A stretch of DNA of 64,000 nt, taken from the NCBI GenBank assembly GCA_963734545.1, contig CAVTHO010000004.1, positions 64,001-128,000 on the forward strand, in the 5' to 3' direction. The position numbers and the translations under genes were made by a program. The DNA comes from an uncultured Spirochaetota bacterium (GTDB taxonomy: Bacteria > Spirochaetota > Spirochaetia > SZUA-6 > Fen-1364). Below the pieces are notes generated by a model. It was given only the letters and a program-made list of their open reading frames with translations. It was not told the origin of the DNA and ran no database searches. Positions 63,019 through 64,000 of the stretch are shown in pieces (positions within the stretch are counted from its first letter, which is position 1; the number at the start of each line of letters is the position of its first letter).

Positions 63019-63993
63019 CTACCGGGTGACCACGCTGGTGTGGGAGGCCATCCAGCGGCCCACCCGGGCCATGGCCCAGGGATAATAGATACCCGCGGTA
63101 ATGACGCTGAGAAGGCCCTGGCCCCACATGAGAAGGAAGCCCCGTCCCAGCGGGCCGTCGAACTCAAGCGTGGCATGGGTCGGAGCCTCGGGCCCTTCAC
63201 CGTCTTTCACGACGATGCGCTGCGCGATGTAGCGGTACATCCGCAGATAGGCGGCCGGGTAGTAGACGAAGAGCGTGATCACGGTGAGCAGGGTCTGCCC
63301 CAGGAACATGCCGAAGGTGGGCCAGAACCGGGCGTTCCACCGCACCGCGTATCCTTCCAGCCTGAAGTTGTCGTAGAGCCAGCGGTAGACATAATACACG
63401 TAGGCGCCCAAGGCGATGAGGTACACCGGCAGGATGATCAGCATCATGACCAATGACGTCGCGCCCGGCGAATCTGCCCTTGCCTGGGCCAGAGTGACCA
63501 CAACGCTCAGGGCAACGACAGCCGCAATGGGAATGACCAGGGTGAGAAGCACGATAAGGAACAGGCTGCCGCCCTTGCCCTTGAAGTCAAATGACTTGCC
63601 ATCGAAAGAAGTCTCCTCCGTGATGTAGCGGGTGATTCGTGTGACGTACCAGGCCCCGTAGATGCCGAGGGTGATGATCGTGAGGAAGCACCCCAGCAGG
63701 TTCATCCCGAACCAGCGGCCCATGGATCCCCGGAATCCGAACTGCTTCCCCTCCAGGCTCAGTGCGGGGATGGTCACGCGTAGAATGGGGATATACAGGA
63801 GGGTGTACAGCACGAAAAAGAGGACGAAAGCGAGCAGGAGAACAAGGAGCCCCACCGGGTTGCCGGGGTTGTCCTGCAGCCTCAGGGTCTGCGCAATGAG
63901 CAGAATATAGAGCAGGACCGCCGGGATGTAGAGGCCTAGAAACAACGGAAGATAGCGGCGAATGGGCAGATTGTACTCGAACCGTCGCGTCAT
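63019..63993 (-). CDS. DUF898/YjgN family membrane protein
   Basis: Repeated LTIITLGIY.W / LSVITAGIYYPW motifs. Confidence 0.8.
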   Translation of the reverse strand: MTRRFEYNLPIRRYLPLFLGLYIPAVLLYILLIAQTLRLQDNPGNPVGLLVLLLAFVLFFVLYTLLYIPILRVTIPALSLEGKQFGFRGSMGRWFGMNLLGCFLTIITLGIYGAWYVTRITRYITEETSFDGKSFDFKGKGGSLFLIVLLTLVIPIAAVVALSVVVTLAQARADSPGATSLVMMLIILPVYLIALGAYVYYVYRWLYDNFRLEGYAVRWNARFWPTFGMFLGQTLLTVITLFVYYPAAYLRMYRYIAQRIVVKDGEGPEAPTHATLEFDGPLGRGFLLMWGQGLLSVITAGIYYPWAMARVGRWMASHTSVVTR

Positions 63994-64000
63994 GAGTGTG

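Overview
GC-rich bacterial DNA, probably Spirochaetia (inferred from gene content and style, not verified). Bases 1-6.2 kb are core genome: ftsH, trpS, pfkA, a SAM-II-like riboswitch before metK, and amrS. Their many frameshifts look like sequencing indels. tRNA-Asn(GTT) at 6335-6407 starts an accessory region. Five further att-like junctions (cores near 7207, 7837, 15273, 16237, 26542) share a GGGGAGC-type core with the tRNA 3' end. On the minus strand several carry eroded C-terminal tails resembling large serine recombinases. No intact integrase is present. The junctions delimit five cargo cassettes: a DUF433/PIN toxin-antitoxin pair, HicBA, a fucosidase/ABC/two-component cluster, a second HicBA with a DUF433 relic, and a 10-kb module. 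That module has an XRE-HTH/cobalamin regulator with the CarH Wx9EH motif, a Lol-like ABC system and a photolyase. The rest is a mosaic: a sugar ABC-LacI-isomerase locus, an ECF sigma with a scattered candidate regulon, perR-katG, two sigma54-type MCP loci, an M1 aminopeptidase, an AbrB/HgcC-like gene before arsM, and several gene fragments. All calls come from reading motifs by eye; no database searches were run.
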